Shown here piece after piece: positions 24,378-37,062 of a stretch of DNA of 56,106 nucleotides. The notes beneath the pieces are model-generated. The model was not told where the DNA came from, did not search any database, and worked only from the letters and a program-made list of their open reading frames with translations. Position 1 is the stretch's first letter. Each line of letters opens with the position of its first letter. The stretch is from Octopus bimaculoides (taxonomy: Eukaryota): positions 18,596,473 through 18,652,578 of the forward strand of contig NC_068999.1 in assembly GCF_001194135.2 (NCBI RefSeq), read 5' to 3'. A program made the position numbers and the translations under genes.

Positions 24378-27300
24378 CTGAGAGCAACCGACCAAGCTAA
24401 TTTTAAGTAAATAAGACACAACTTTACAGGAATGAATCTTGCTGAAGACAACATATCTGCGTGCACTACTATACATTTGTATTGCATAGATTAGGAAGAT
24501 CATAATGTAACATTTGGGTGTTGTGTCACATGCATAATCCAACGAGTTATATGATATACTTAAATTAAGCATATGTTTGAAAAGATTATGCACGAATATT
24601 AAACGTTCTACTTCTTCTATACCATCAACGAATCATATAACACCAATTCAACAACTATTTGACTACATATCACATGATGTTACTTATTCATTTTCAAAAA
24701 AATGTGGTTAATTTCTCTCAGAATGTGACACATAAATGAGTGTGGAAGAGAATTAGTTTCATGTCATGAATGCAGAATTTGTAGATTTAGCGCAGTGGAT
24801 AAAATAAACTGGATCTGTTACAATACGTTCTGCAGCCATTTATGTTTTAATGGAAAAGACAATTATCCTAGAGCTTGATATACTATATATCATCGAAGAG
24901 TAGTATATGTATAAACTAATTCGTCCTTAAACCTTTGTGCACCAGAGACATGAACCCGAATCCACTATCATATCATATACGAGGCTCCCCTTCTGCTATC
25001 CAGAATAGTTGCAAATTTTATAACGTGTTATTCCTTTTCCAAACCTAGTGTCATACTTCATTTTTGCTACTATTGATATATTAGGAACATCACTCAATAT
25101 GTAAAGCTACTAATGTGCCTAAACATTTGGAATGTCAAATTTCCTAACAATATAAGGCAGTATTTTTAATAAATGTTTTCTTTTTTTCTTAAGTAATTTC
25201 ATCAATTCTTTTTTTTTATATGTTCCTTCATCTATTATTGCTTTTCTTTAGCAGTTGTCAGCTAAGATATATTGGGAACGAACAGGATAGTAAATGTTCA
25301 ATCCATCAACTATTTCAATGACAATATTAAAAACACATCAAATAACACTGTAGTTACTGCAGACTAAATTGCATCGCGCGCGCGCACACACATACATTTA
25401 CATTCTAACTTGATAGTTAGTGTTGTCAGAAGTAAATCACGCGTGAGCTGTTTCCCTACGGTGGAGTGAGTAGTACGGTAGTACGATTATATGTGCTGTA
25501 ATCGAGCCTTTTCTTAATATTTATCACGAAAATCTAAAAAGTAAATAAAACGCTGTGGTCTGTGTAATCCAACATATACTTCCAAATATTTTAGTATTCT
25601 GTCATTATAATGAATCATTAATATGGTGGCTTACATGGAAATTGAAACAACTGCCATTCTATAAATTCGATCGGGTATCAATATTAAACAGAATAAAAAT
25701 ATTGCATTTTAATTGCTGCTCTAATAATTAGCAAATATACATTTATATTTGTGTACCCTAAACATATAATATAACGTATGCTCTTGTAAATTGGTATAGC
25801 GCTACTTTTCAGAATGATTTTATAAATTGTCTAATATTAGATTTTATAAGTCAATACTTTCAGTTTTGTATAGAGGAGGTGGTTCATTCTATTTACCTTC
25901 CCGCTGTACAGGGTTCTTGGACGTTTCAGATTATTATCTACCGAGGCAAGGCTGACAATGATTAGCAGATCAAGGGTAGCCTTCCTCACATTTAAATTTA
26001 CTATCGAATTTAATACAATATGTGATTTTGCTTTCAAACTTACTCAAGCAGTGCTGTGCAGACAAAAGCTTATTTTACTTCCAATAGCTGAATAATTCTA
26101 GACGTTATACGTCAGAAAACTTAAAAAATAATAGAGAGAAATAAATTGTATATATAGATATATTCCTTGGGATATATTTGTATAAATCAATGGATATTTT
26201 ATGTTTCCATAATGTAGACTATACATATAGAAAACGTAGAATAGGTTTGCCGATTGAAAATACATAAGAGTTTATTTCAAGTGCTGTTGAACGGATCACC
26301 TGTATATCATGCGGGAAAGAAAGCTGACTGGAATATACAGAAATCATGTAAAAATTAAGATGGGGACTCGTGTGTGCCGAATAATTAGCGCATTTCAAAA
26401 ACATCATTTGCGTTTTTGTTCCAGCTATCTTTATATTGTGTTTTAACAAAGCTGTGTTCAATTTTGCCTCAGATTTCTTCAGAAGCAATAAGGCGATATA
26501 GAAACCAATCGTTAAGTTTGACAGTATCGACAACAACCTCTCATATGAAAATTACTTGAACAGCAATTAGAAACAAATATAAAGCCGTTGATCCATCGGA
26601 ATGGTTAAGGAACGGAAAATAACTCCTGTGCTAAAATCAGAATCAGGATAAGCTGCATGATCGCGGGGCGGTCAGAATAAGAATCTTTTTGCCGGCTTCA
26701 GTCTGCCATTTCTAATGTTCAAAACTCTTCGACGCAAACAAATCAAAGCACGAAATATATAGAACAAATGGAGACAATGAACTAATATTTCATGGAATTG
26801 AATAGACTTTATTTATTTTGAAAGTATGCAATTATTTAAAAACTGAAATATTCAGTCTAATCAGCAATCTAGACTGAAGCATACAATATTTAATATTTCC
26901 ATGTTATGCACCTTTGAATTTTACTGAAAAGAAAAAAGTCGCAAAATCATATAAAGAAACCAGACTACTAAATGCAGCAAATATTTTGAAAATAATTTAA
27001 TCTAAGAAGCACTAAATCAATACTGTTATTTTGATAACATTTTGCTTGAATAAATTTCGCTTTTCAGATATTCCATACATACAAGACTTCCAATGGAAAA
27101 AAAAAAACAGTTATCGCATTTGCAATGCAAGTTTCAACGGTATGAAGTGTGTTTATTTGCTGCAGATTAGTGTAAAAACTATATTTTGTTTGAAATGTTT
27201 TTTTGACAAAATATGAATTTATTCTTTTTCTATTCAATTTCAACGAATTCAGCAGAAATTCAATGATGAAATATCTATATTTGGGAAAAAGAAATATCAG

Positions 27301-28944
27301 TATTCAAAATGAATGTATTGTTCTATACAAATGGTGCTGTTTCGTGAATAAGTGAAACGGAATTTTAATGAGAGATTAATTACTAACTGCGTGAAAAAGA
27401 ACAAATATACTTCAAAATTTCTAAGTTAAAATTAGATGATCTACTAAATGATGCTGTATTGAAAATTCGAATTTCCATGTATTAAACAATGAAGTTTAGA
27501 AAATAATGTAATGTAGCGTAATTTGTAAAAGAACAGACAGCTTGAAAGTAGGTAATGGCATTGTCATTTTGATCAAGAATACAAGAATGGTGAAAAATTG
27601 CTTTCTTTCCGAGAGAAACTCCAAAAGAGGAAATTTAATATGAATAACATCGAACTATTTAACTGAACTTCATGTCGACGCGATACATACAAATTCACCC
27701 AGTAAGAATTTGATTTCACCGCTTTAATAAGTGAATCCTGCCAAGCTAATGAAATTGTGGATAAAAATGATCTTAATACGGTCGCTTGTAAAGAACTTGG
27801 TAAGAAAGAATCTTCTGGTAGTACAATGAGATCTGAAAACATTATAAAAAAATTCGGATGAAACGCTTCATGTACCAGAAAATGGTAAACAAGAGAATTA
27901 TGGGATGGAATTGTGAAATGCAGTTCAAATACGAATACAAACACACGCGCGCAAACACACATATAATGAAGCACTGTTTCTATTTCCTGTAGACAGAATT
28001 GTTGCATAGATATAAGTAGGAAGGATATGTTATATAAAGAATTTAAAAGAAGAATATACATAAGTAGTGGAAGTGAAATTCTACCTGTGGACCATTAAAT
28101 GGTAACACCCAGGAAGGTATCACCTGTAAAGACAGAAACAATTAAGCAAATTCTAAAACTCCTGCTCTCGTTGGAACGTCTCTTATTGGCAATGTAATTT
28201 CTGTCTAAGGAATCTTTGTTAATAAACACAGGTATTATAAACAAAATACAAAATAAGAAATATACTATACTGGTCAAAAACACTAAGTCGTATAGGCACT
28301 ACAAAAAGAAAATCATTTTTGGTTTTACTTTAAAAAAATAGTCACTTGCGGATAATATGTTAATAACGAATAAACGCTAGATATTCATTACATTCGTCTT
28401 CAATTACTTTGTTTATATAGTAAGTATACATTGCTAACTTCCTGTGTAATACTTGCAACTAACGTGATATCCAGTGTTTGCATTTGGAAGTTTGTTTTCC
28501 TTAGTATTTTCTAAATTTTGAAATTATAAATATATGTCTTTCCTTTTCGAATAGCAGAGACAAATATGCAAATTACATCTTCGAGCTTAGAAAACATCAA
28601 TAATTACCATTAACTCTGAACATTTTGGTGATCCTGAAAAAGATATGCATTCCGTTGCTTATAATCTTTTGCTCGAGGGATACATTAAGAGTAGTATTCA
28701 TACGATATGATGACATGATTTAGACTGTTCTTTTTGTAAGCAGGATTTATTTAAATCTTGACACTTATTGAAAAGAATTTCCTGGGGCACTTTTAATCTT
28801 ATTTTCATCCACAAACTAAATAATAAAATACTATAATGTGTTCATATTTAAATTGAAATATTCCAACAACAGCATAAATATATTCATTCATACATGGAAC
28901 AGAGATGTGAATATATTCCTGGGTGTATGATTTTATGTATGAAT

Positions 28945-29270
28945 CTAAAGGGTGAAGGTCATGAACGATCATGTGATTGCACCTAGAAAATTCCGATTCG
29001 TTGCACACGTCCCGCCAAGTTGTTTTAATGGAAGACCAGCAGTGACCATGCACGCCTTTCTCCACACCACCGATGTTATCCAACAAAAAGGCAAACGCCA
29101 ATACAGCTTGATACCAGTGACGTTGCAGCTCATTTCTATGGCTGAGTGAACTGGAACAAGCTGAAGAAGCAGTGTCCAGCTCAAAAACACAACACAAAGG
29201 TCGGTCGGCGAAACGAACTCACTACCTAATGATTCCGAGCCCGATACTTTGACCATTGAGTTATGCGCGT
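28945..29270 (-). mobile_element. tRNA-derived SINE, family C (Meta-like central domain)
   Basis: Reverse complement: tRNA-like head (aactcaatggtc..gagttcgtttcgcc) then ttgtgtttttgagctggacact..gttccagttcactcagccatagaaatgag. Confidence 0.75.
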
Positions 29271-30334
29271 TCACATGTATGTATGTATGTATGTATGTAT
29301 GAATGTTTGCATGCATGTATGTATGTACGAATGTATGTACGTGTCTTTTCAAATCTACCACTAAATAATTCACTACTCTTAACGCCTCGTACTTGATGGT
29401 CAGCAGACTACCGTTACCATCTATGACGCTTTTTAGATACATATCATTTGGAGAGATTAATTTCAAGACTAAATCTTCACCGAAAAATCTATATATGCAT
29501 GAAGAAGTTGTAGTCACTAGCACGTCAGTTGTGAAATCTTTCTAATCTAATCAATCAGATTGCTACAAAGTAGCTTCACTTCGAATCGGTATCACTTCAT
29601 CGTTAACCCGCTGCTAAATACAGTCGATTGAATCGAAGACTCAGACAATTTAAAGTGCATTCTATTAGTTAAGCTCTAATGAAAATGTGCCGATGGATAT
29701 GTTTACAGGCCAGATATACGAGAACTTGTAAAACATGAATAAAATATTTAGAAGAATATGTTTTATATATTATTACTGAAACACGTGAGAGATGAATAGC
29801 CTATAAAAACTTCTGAGTGAGTTTAGCTGAAACTGATTCAATTTAAATGAAGTAATTCATATGAATACTATAACGGGTTCTATTTCATGTTTCGTTTTCA
29901 TTTTGTATTGAAGTGGATTTTATAATTCACCGATATCTCCCGTTTGCATCCAGTGTAAAAGATGGCTACACAAAATAGCCAACTACCAACAACACTGTTT
30001 AACAATCCGTTTATTCCAATTTGACGAGGACAAAGCACACAAGTTTCTAAAGCACAAATTACATAAGCATTCGAAATATACATGTTGTATCCAGTGTTGT
30101 GTGTTTTACAACAAACAACCAACGTCTGCAACATTAACTTCATAATTACCTATAACCCAAACTTCCCGTATCCATGAACTGCATTGCATGCCAAAAATTA
30201 AAGTGTACAATGCCAAGTAATTCTACTTGACATATTTCCTCTCTATGTTTGAACCTGATTATTTAGATTATTTTAGCTTCGGTATGGAAGGACAAGTAAA
30301 GGTTCCAAATACTAGCAAAAGACCAGTGATTTAG

Positions 30335-30497
30335 GAGGAATGTTCATTGACCCCAGTTCTCAACTGGTACTTATATTATCAACCCCGAAAAACTGAAATG
30401 CAAAGTTGATCACGTGACATTTGAATTCAGAACGTAAAAGTCGAAAGCAATGTCGGTAAGTATTTTGAACGACGCAGGAACGATTGCGCCAGCTTCC
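30335..30497 (-). mobile_element. SINE family B, degenerate
   Basis: Reverse complement: agctggcgcaatcgtt..ttctgaattcaaat..ttttcggggttgataatataagtaccagttgagaactggggtcaatg. Confidence 0.8.
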
Positions 30498-31451
30498 AGT
30501 CTTTGGAAGGATTAATATTGCATGACAGTTTCAGACCCAGCACATATACTTGCTCATATTTAATCTATACTTCACTAAGAAATTAATTTTTGTATTATTT
30601 TTTTAATATTCTGATGCATAATTATGTATGTGTATATACATATTTCTATTGTTTTTTTTCAAATATGTGTATATACATGTTTGTATTGTTTTCTTTCATA
30701 CTGAATCATATATGTGTTAAGATATTAAACATTGTACACCTCATAGGCCCATTTAATTTGCTGAAATTTTAGCATTTACTTAGATGTCTACAACTGTAAG
30801 CAGTAAGACGTAATCACCTACCTCTAAACTTAAACTTCTTCCACAAATTATATTTGGTTTTTGAACTACTATGCAGTTTGAACACAGAATATCATCGTAT
30901 GACCAATTAGAGATTTAAAACAAAGAAAGTAAAGGAAAAGGATGAATATTATACATATAACAAATATGAGAGAAATTGCTCGACGTATTTAGACAAGTCA
31001 TCAATGACCAAAGAATGTGTGACTAAAATGCTTCCGTCATTCCTTACACCACGACATTGACACGCATAAGTGCATCGAGGATCTACATTGCACTACCTTA
31101 TCAAATACAATGATTTATTTAGTTGCCGATGGTGTTTACTGACCTAAAATTCTCCAGATCAAAGTAACCAGTTCAGTTCAGTCGAGGCCTGGCATTTCTT
31201 AATTAATTCCAAGCAAGTCTCATTGGCTAACATAATATCGTTTGGCAGAATTTAAATTACTCTCTTTGGCTTGCAGTTAGAGAGCAGCGAGTCTTTTGAT
31301 GTTAATCTTTATATTAAATATGCAAAATGCCTCTTTGCTTCGCCCACAACAGCATCACGTAAGCCTCAAAAGAAATAATGTGAGTCATGATAAACGAACA
31401 GAAATATCGACTTTAAATTTCGGCACAACGCAAGAATGTCGAGAAAGGAGG

Positions 31452-31595
31452 AATGCCGATTACATCGACACCAGTGGTCAACTGGTACTTATTTTATCAA
31501 ACCGAAAAGGATGAATGGAAAAGTAAACATTGGCAGAATTTGAACTCCGAACATTAGGACGGAGAAAATGATGCTAAGCATTCTACGGGGCAAAG
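31452..31595 (-). mobile_element. SINE family B, degenerate
   Basis: gattacatcgacaccagt..ctggtacttattttatcaaccgaaaaggatgaa..gaatttgaactc. Confidence 0.75.
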
Positions 31596-32316
31596 GAAAT
31601 ACAAAGCCGATCTTTGAGGAATTTGAACTCAGAGAAATGTTGCTCCCAAGTGTGCTTACGATTATACTACATCGCACCTTCAAACGACCACAAATATTGA
31701 GAATTGATGATGTCTGTCAGACGCTGAAGTTCATCTAATATCAGTGCGTTCGCATACTTATCTCAGAGAAAGGTGCGTAATCAAAGTAGATGCTTAATGA
31801 GGGATTCGTGTACCTACCTTCAAATAGACGTAAGAGAAGTCCACCCCATTTCTAACCTGAAACTCTCAATTATTACACATACTCCAGCAGTCGGCAGCAT
31901 CCATCAATAGGAAGAATAAATCAGCTTGTGAATGCTACCAGACGTACGCCCTGTAAATAAACAATCCACTTCCAAATGACAATCTAGATGTACCATCTTA
32001 GGCCATCAGAATAAACATTAAACCCTTCCACGTATAGACTACACCCATACATCCATGTGGAACAGCCAAACTTATGTTTTCAATGTAGTGACATCATCTG
32101 TTTTCATCCAGGACCAGTCATATATTACATGGAATCTAAGGCAAACTGTTATTACCCTGTCGATCATATCTTTGCATTTCTTGGTAAAGCTCTATACTAC
32201 AGGACGATTTAAATGAACCCTATACTTAAATGAGAAAACATAATGAATAAGGAAACATGTATTGTTGATTGCAACATATGCTTGATTATATGAAATTATG
32301 GAGTGAATTTTAGGGC

Positions 32317-32500
32317 TTATACATCTAACATTTTTCTATCCTTCCTTGATACTGGTTCCCACACGCTGCTCATATCTGCACTCGGTCTGCTTAGGAGGTT
32401 GTTGTTTCCTAGGAAATGAGCTCTTTTTAGTTTTCGCATTTTCCAGTGGTGTTCTCTGTCTATTATTTTAACTTCGATCCACATTACCTTGGCAAATGTT
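32317..32500 (-). mobile_element. Penelope-like element, GIY-YIG endonuclease C-terminal fragment
   Basis: WIEVKIIDREHHWKMRKLK..HFLGNNNLLSRPS....VWEPV fits the PLE pattern W..VKILD.E..W..RK.KEA.HI. Confidence 0.6.
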
Positions 32501-32529
32501 CGTCGAGAAATAATTATTAACAGGATTAT

Positions 32530-33120
32530 CATTGAAAAGAAGAGTTATTTAGAAACTGTTGACGCAATCATGTCTGGCAGATCCTACTAGATTATATATG
32601 CTTGAGGATGTTTCCCTATGAAATAGGGTCTTAGTGAGTGGTTTACTCAATGGGAGCCTGGTCTTAGTTCTGTCCATCAATGATATTTTCATACACGGAA
32701 AAATACTTAATGGTTGTAAGAAAGGAGCGGAGGCTTTTATACCGCGCATCAACCTTCATCACAGTGATACAAACCTTCCCTTTTGTATGAGTAGACGACA
32801 GTTTTCTGTTACGCCAGCATATACAATGACTATAAACAAATCACAAGGGCAGATCTTCAATAAGTTTATCATCATCATCTTACCATCACGCAGTATTCAG
32901 CCAGGGACAACTTTATGCTGCATTGAGTAGAAGTAGAAGTAGTAATAATATTAAAATATTTGTAAAAGACCACCCAAAATGAGACTCATTAGTAATCGGA
33001 TTTTCAATATAAACGTAGTGTTGAAGCAATTACTAAGAAAAGGATTGTAATCTTTTGGTTTTTAATTTTACTTTCCGTATCATTTTCATGCCGTCATTTC
33101 TGACGGCACGGTTACACTAG
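32530..33120 (+). mobile_element. Helitron 3' fragment: PIF1-like helicase C-terminus plus canonical terminus
   Basis: GLLNGS..FIPRINL..LPFCMSRRQFSV..AYTMTINKSQGQ; hairpin tgccgtca-tttc-tgacggca (33089-33108), CTAG at 33117-33120, then T. Confidence 0.92.
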
Positions 33121-33334
33121 TTTGCATGTAAATACGTAGAAAATCTCCTACGTGTAATGTAATTCGTATGTGCCTAGTCTTATCTGAATATGAAGTGTTA
33201 CAAACAATATGTCTGTTTATTGATTAATCTAAACGTTCCAATAAAATTTTAGTTACTTACAAGTTTCCTACTACAAAATCAAATAGTTGTACTATTTATT
33301 GTTATATCTCAATATAATACATTTCTATATTTGG

Positions 33335-33705
33335 GCATTTTATTTCATTGCGGCCATGCTGGAGCACCACGTTAGACGACCGATTCGACCCCATGATTTA
33401 TGTTTTGTAAGCCTAGTACATATTCTATCGGTCTCTTTTGCTGAAGTGCAAAGTTACGGGGACGGAAACACACCAACATTGGTTGACAAGTGATGGTGGG
33501 AGCACAAACGCAGACACACTAATATATACATATACATATATACGACGGGCTCCATTCAGTTTCCGTCTACCAAATTCATTCAAAAAGCTTTGGTCCGCCG
33601 AGGCTACTGTAAAAGGCAGTTGCCCAAGTTGCCATTCGGTAGGACTGAACCCGGAACCATGTAGTTGGGAAGCCAGCTCCTTACCATACCGCCACTCCTG
33701 CGCTC
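33335..33705 (-). mobile_element. SINE family A, full length
   Basis: gcggccatgctggagcacc..aagcctagtac..cagtttccgtctaccaaatt..ttgcccaag..ggactgaacccggaaccatg..ccttaccataccgccactcctgc. Confidence 0.9.
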
Positions 33706-34229
33706 TATGTAGATAACTTTCCAATTAATATGTTTTATCTTGCTGCTTCTGCAAATTGTCAATCTCATGTAAACATGCAATGCGTTTCAGCCTGTATTTG
33801 TATTTCGAAATACGTAATTAGAAATATCTATGTAGGATTCAACATAAATGACAAATTTTTGTACGAATAAACTTGTTGCCTACAGATTTTTGCTGTAATT
33901 TATTGTTTTCACCTTTCCTTAGATTTTGCTTATCCTGTTTCTTTCAGTTTCAAGTCTGGCTTAAAGAAAATAAGCGCTATATACGAGATAGCAAATTATT
34001 TTGGAATTTACAGAATTGATTCTAAATAGAATCCTCGAAAAGAAATGCAACAGAAAGACAAAAATACCGCGTATTTTTTCTTGTACATGCGTGTATTTGT
34101 CTAAGAGCCAAGAGCAAAGGGAATCTTAACTAAGCTAAGCTTCCACACTTATATACTTATATATATATGTGCGCCTCTGCGTTCAGATTTGTATACAGAT
34201 ATTTTTTGTGAATTTTTACACACGTATAT

Positions 34230-34358
34230 GTGTGTGACTGTGTGTGTATGCGTTTGTGTGTACGTGTGTGTATGTATGTATGTATGTATGTATGTATGCA
34301 TGTATGTATGTATGTATCAACTCGCACGAAAACACAATCAATCGTCTATTTCTCTTTG

Positions 34359-34398
<40 letters not shown>

Positions 34399-34620
34399 GA
34401 GAGAGAGAGAGAGGGGGAGGGAGAGAGAAAGAGAGAGAGGAAGAGAGAGAGGAAGAGAGAGAGGAAGAGAGAGAGAAAGCTAGATATAGATATAGATATA
34501 GATACATACATATGTATATATGTATATGTATATATGTGTGTGTGTGTGGGGGGGGGGGTTGTGTGTATCTGTGTGTGTGTGCATGTATCTCTATGTGTGT
34601 TTGTGCGATATACGTATTTT
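34230..34620. repeat. Compound microsatellite: (GT)n, (GTAT)n, (TA)n, (GA)n with a GAGGAAGAGAGA unit, (TAGATA)n, G-run
   Basis: Direct reading. Confidence 0.95.
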
Positions 34621-35014
34621 TGCGATATATCCATATGAAAAATAATCCGTATATATCCACACGTTTTCCGTGAAAGTACGAATTATATGTATCTCATTGC
34701 GTGTCTAATCTATACTTAACACCTTACAAACTATTTTCTGAATTAGCTTCCTTTTTTTTTTTACACCTTCAATTTCAAGTCGTGCATTTTGTTCAGTAAT
34801 CTCTGCTTTAGCTCTAGCGTTTGCAAGTTTTTAAAAGTAACGTGCGATGAGTCTAATCTCTAATATCTTTGTTTAGTCGTTGAGTCAGTAGCGCTCTGCA
34901 TTTTATGTAACATATCACTCGTACCCCATGACTATTACAATTCAAGCAATCTAAGTTATTCTTCAATGGCAAAATCCGAATACTCATATTGAACTAATTT
35001 GCATTATAGGCTCA

Positions 35015-35100
35015 AGGGTGGTCATGCTGTCGGAAGCTTGCTTCGGAACCACTTGGTTCCGGATTCAGTCCCATTGCGTAGCTCCTAGGGCAAATAGGAA
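35015..35100 (+). mobile_element. SINE family A head fragment
   Basis: gaagcttgcttcggaaccacttggttccggattcagtcccattgcgtagctcctagggcaa. Confidence 0.7.
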
Positions 35101-35277
35101 CCACGCAATGGGCCTCGGGCCTACAAAAGAATTATAAATATACAAAGCGGATGTACACGGAGTACGATCATTGCTAGAAATAGTAGCCGGTCATCCAACG
35201 TTGCTATGTAGAGCTTCACTGAACGGTTACAGGCAGAGTGGTTTATGGGCGGTGAATATACAAAAATCTTGTCTTAC

Positions 35278-35400
35278 CTCTACGGAAACCGTTAGAGGAA
35301 TAAAGGATGATTCAATACTGCAGTTTGAAACTCTTCGGATCACGTGCGTGAGCGCGAATCCGATTGGTTATCCTCAGTTGAATCTACCATTCGCGACCAA
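35278..35400. promoter_or_regulatory. Candidate CpG-rich promoter with a possible first non-coding exon on the minus strand
   Basis: CACGTG 35341-35346, ATTGG/CCAAT 35363-35367, TCAGTT 35374-35379, TCGCGA 35391-35396; strong minus-strand donor GAG|gtaaga at 35278/35277. Confidence 0.4.
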
Positions 35401-35606
35401 ATCAAATTTGAGACCATCCACTACATCTCCTCCTGTTTACTCGGCTGAAAACCCCAGTCAAAATCAGCAGCAAGAGCAGTGAAAAGATATGCAAGAAATA
35501 TAAATACTATCTTTAAAAAATACTATCCAATAATGTTGGTATTTCGTGCACACCTGCTTTGTACATTTACGCGCGCGCGCACATGCGTGCACACGCACGC
35601 ACATAC

Positions 35607-35643
<37 letters not shown>

Positions 35644-35647
<4 letters not shown>

Positions 35648-36519
35648 GATTTCGGACTGAATTTCACAATAATTTGTCTCGTTTCTTCAAGAACAATTTC
35701 ATATATTAGTGAACAGTCAACGACACGGCAGATCATACAGATTAAATTGTAAATGAAAGACGTTAGCTGACATGAAGAACGTTATGTCACCTGAATACTG
35801 GAATGTGGTTGCCTTAATCATAATGATTCACGCCGAGGGCCAAAACCATTCTCCTCAATATTCTGTAAATAAGGTTAAGGCTCTAACACGGATGCAAGGG
35901 AGACTACTCCGACATGGTGCGCGGCAAATGACAAGGCAATTGTTGTTTTTGTCTGCACACTGCCATTCATTCTCACATACCTCAATCGACCCTAGGCACG
36001 ATTCTGACGGCTATGTGAAGGTTATACACATCATAGTTAAAGACTGGCCGGAAAGGGTTGCTGATGGGAAAGCCATGTAGGTACCACGATTTGCTTCCTT
36101 ACAATACATCCGAAAATAGATAGGAGTATTCGCCGGAGAAATTCGACGGACACCCGAGCCCCAATTTCTAAGCTCCTAAAACCTCCACTTTTAATACTAT
36201 GGCGTACAATGCGTCTGGCGAGATGGAGAAAAGACTTCTAAATACTCTGCCTGTAACACCAAGCTGGATCCGGTGGCAAGATCAATGATATATTCGAAGG
36301 CCTTCCCTACGAATCAGTGAGGGTGAAAAGTTCCAATTTCCGGAGATTGTAGCCGAAATGGTAGATGGGTTCGAATACCGTCCTTGTTAATTAGAGCGTA
36401 TTGCTATCTCTGATTTATTATGTTTCAAGTGTTTTTTGAAATACTTTAATTCTAGGATGGGGGTTTTACGTTACGTTGTCGTTTTATGCAAAATTACCAA
36501 TGTTTATCAGAATACCCTG
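35644..36519 (+). mobile_element. Internally deleted Tc1/mariner-superfamily (maT/DD37D-like) DNA transposon
   Basis: Transposase remnants SDGYVKVIHIIVKDWPERVADGK, PNF*APK, GEMEK..ACNTK..IFEGLP..GFE*; imperfect TIRs starting caggg (35644) and ending ccctg (36519) followed by TA. Confidence 0.75.
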
Positions 36520-36675
36520 TATATAGTTTTCAGATTTACCTTTAGTTTTCTCATTTAATTTCAATTTATCAACTTCTAAATTTCAGAAATTTAATGTTAC
36601 TTTAATTTCAATTTGTTAATATAATTAAACGTTTAAAATAATTTTATCTTTAATTGTTCTTCGATACAGTTCAAC

Positions 36676-37045
36676 ATGCACACATACATAACTTACAATC
36701 CCATACTACATATCTACCGCACACGCATGCATAAACAAACATACACATACACACACACACACACTAATACACACGCACATGCAAACCTATATACACTCAT
36801 ATACGCACATACGAACACACACTCTCACGTACACATACAAGCAAATACGTATACACACAGCAACACTGACGCACTCACAGACATGGTACGTTGCCTCTCA
36901 TCACCAAATCTAAGTACTGGTACTAAACTGTCAGTTCAACTAGACACACACACACACAAACTCACACGCTAACACCCACACACACAAACTCACACGCAAA
37001 CACACACACTCACACAGACACACTCACACGCTACACACGCACATT
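36676..37045. repeat. Degenerate (CA)n-rich array
   Basis: Direct reading. Confidence 0.9.
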
Positions 37046-37062
37046 AGCTATTTTCGCCTCTC

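Noticed and set aside
2798-36972. ORFs rich in HT, YI, CV, RE, poly-S, poly-M or poly-I
   Set aside because: Translations of di- and trinucleotide microsatellites with no coding evidence.
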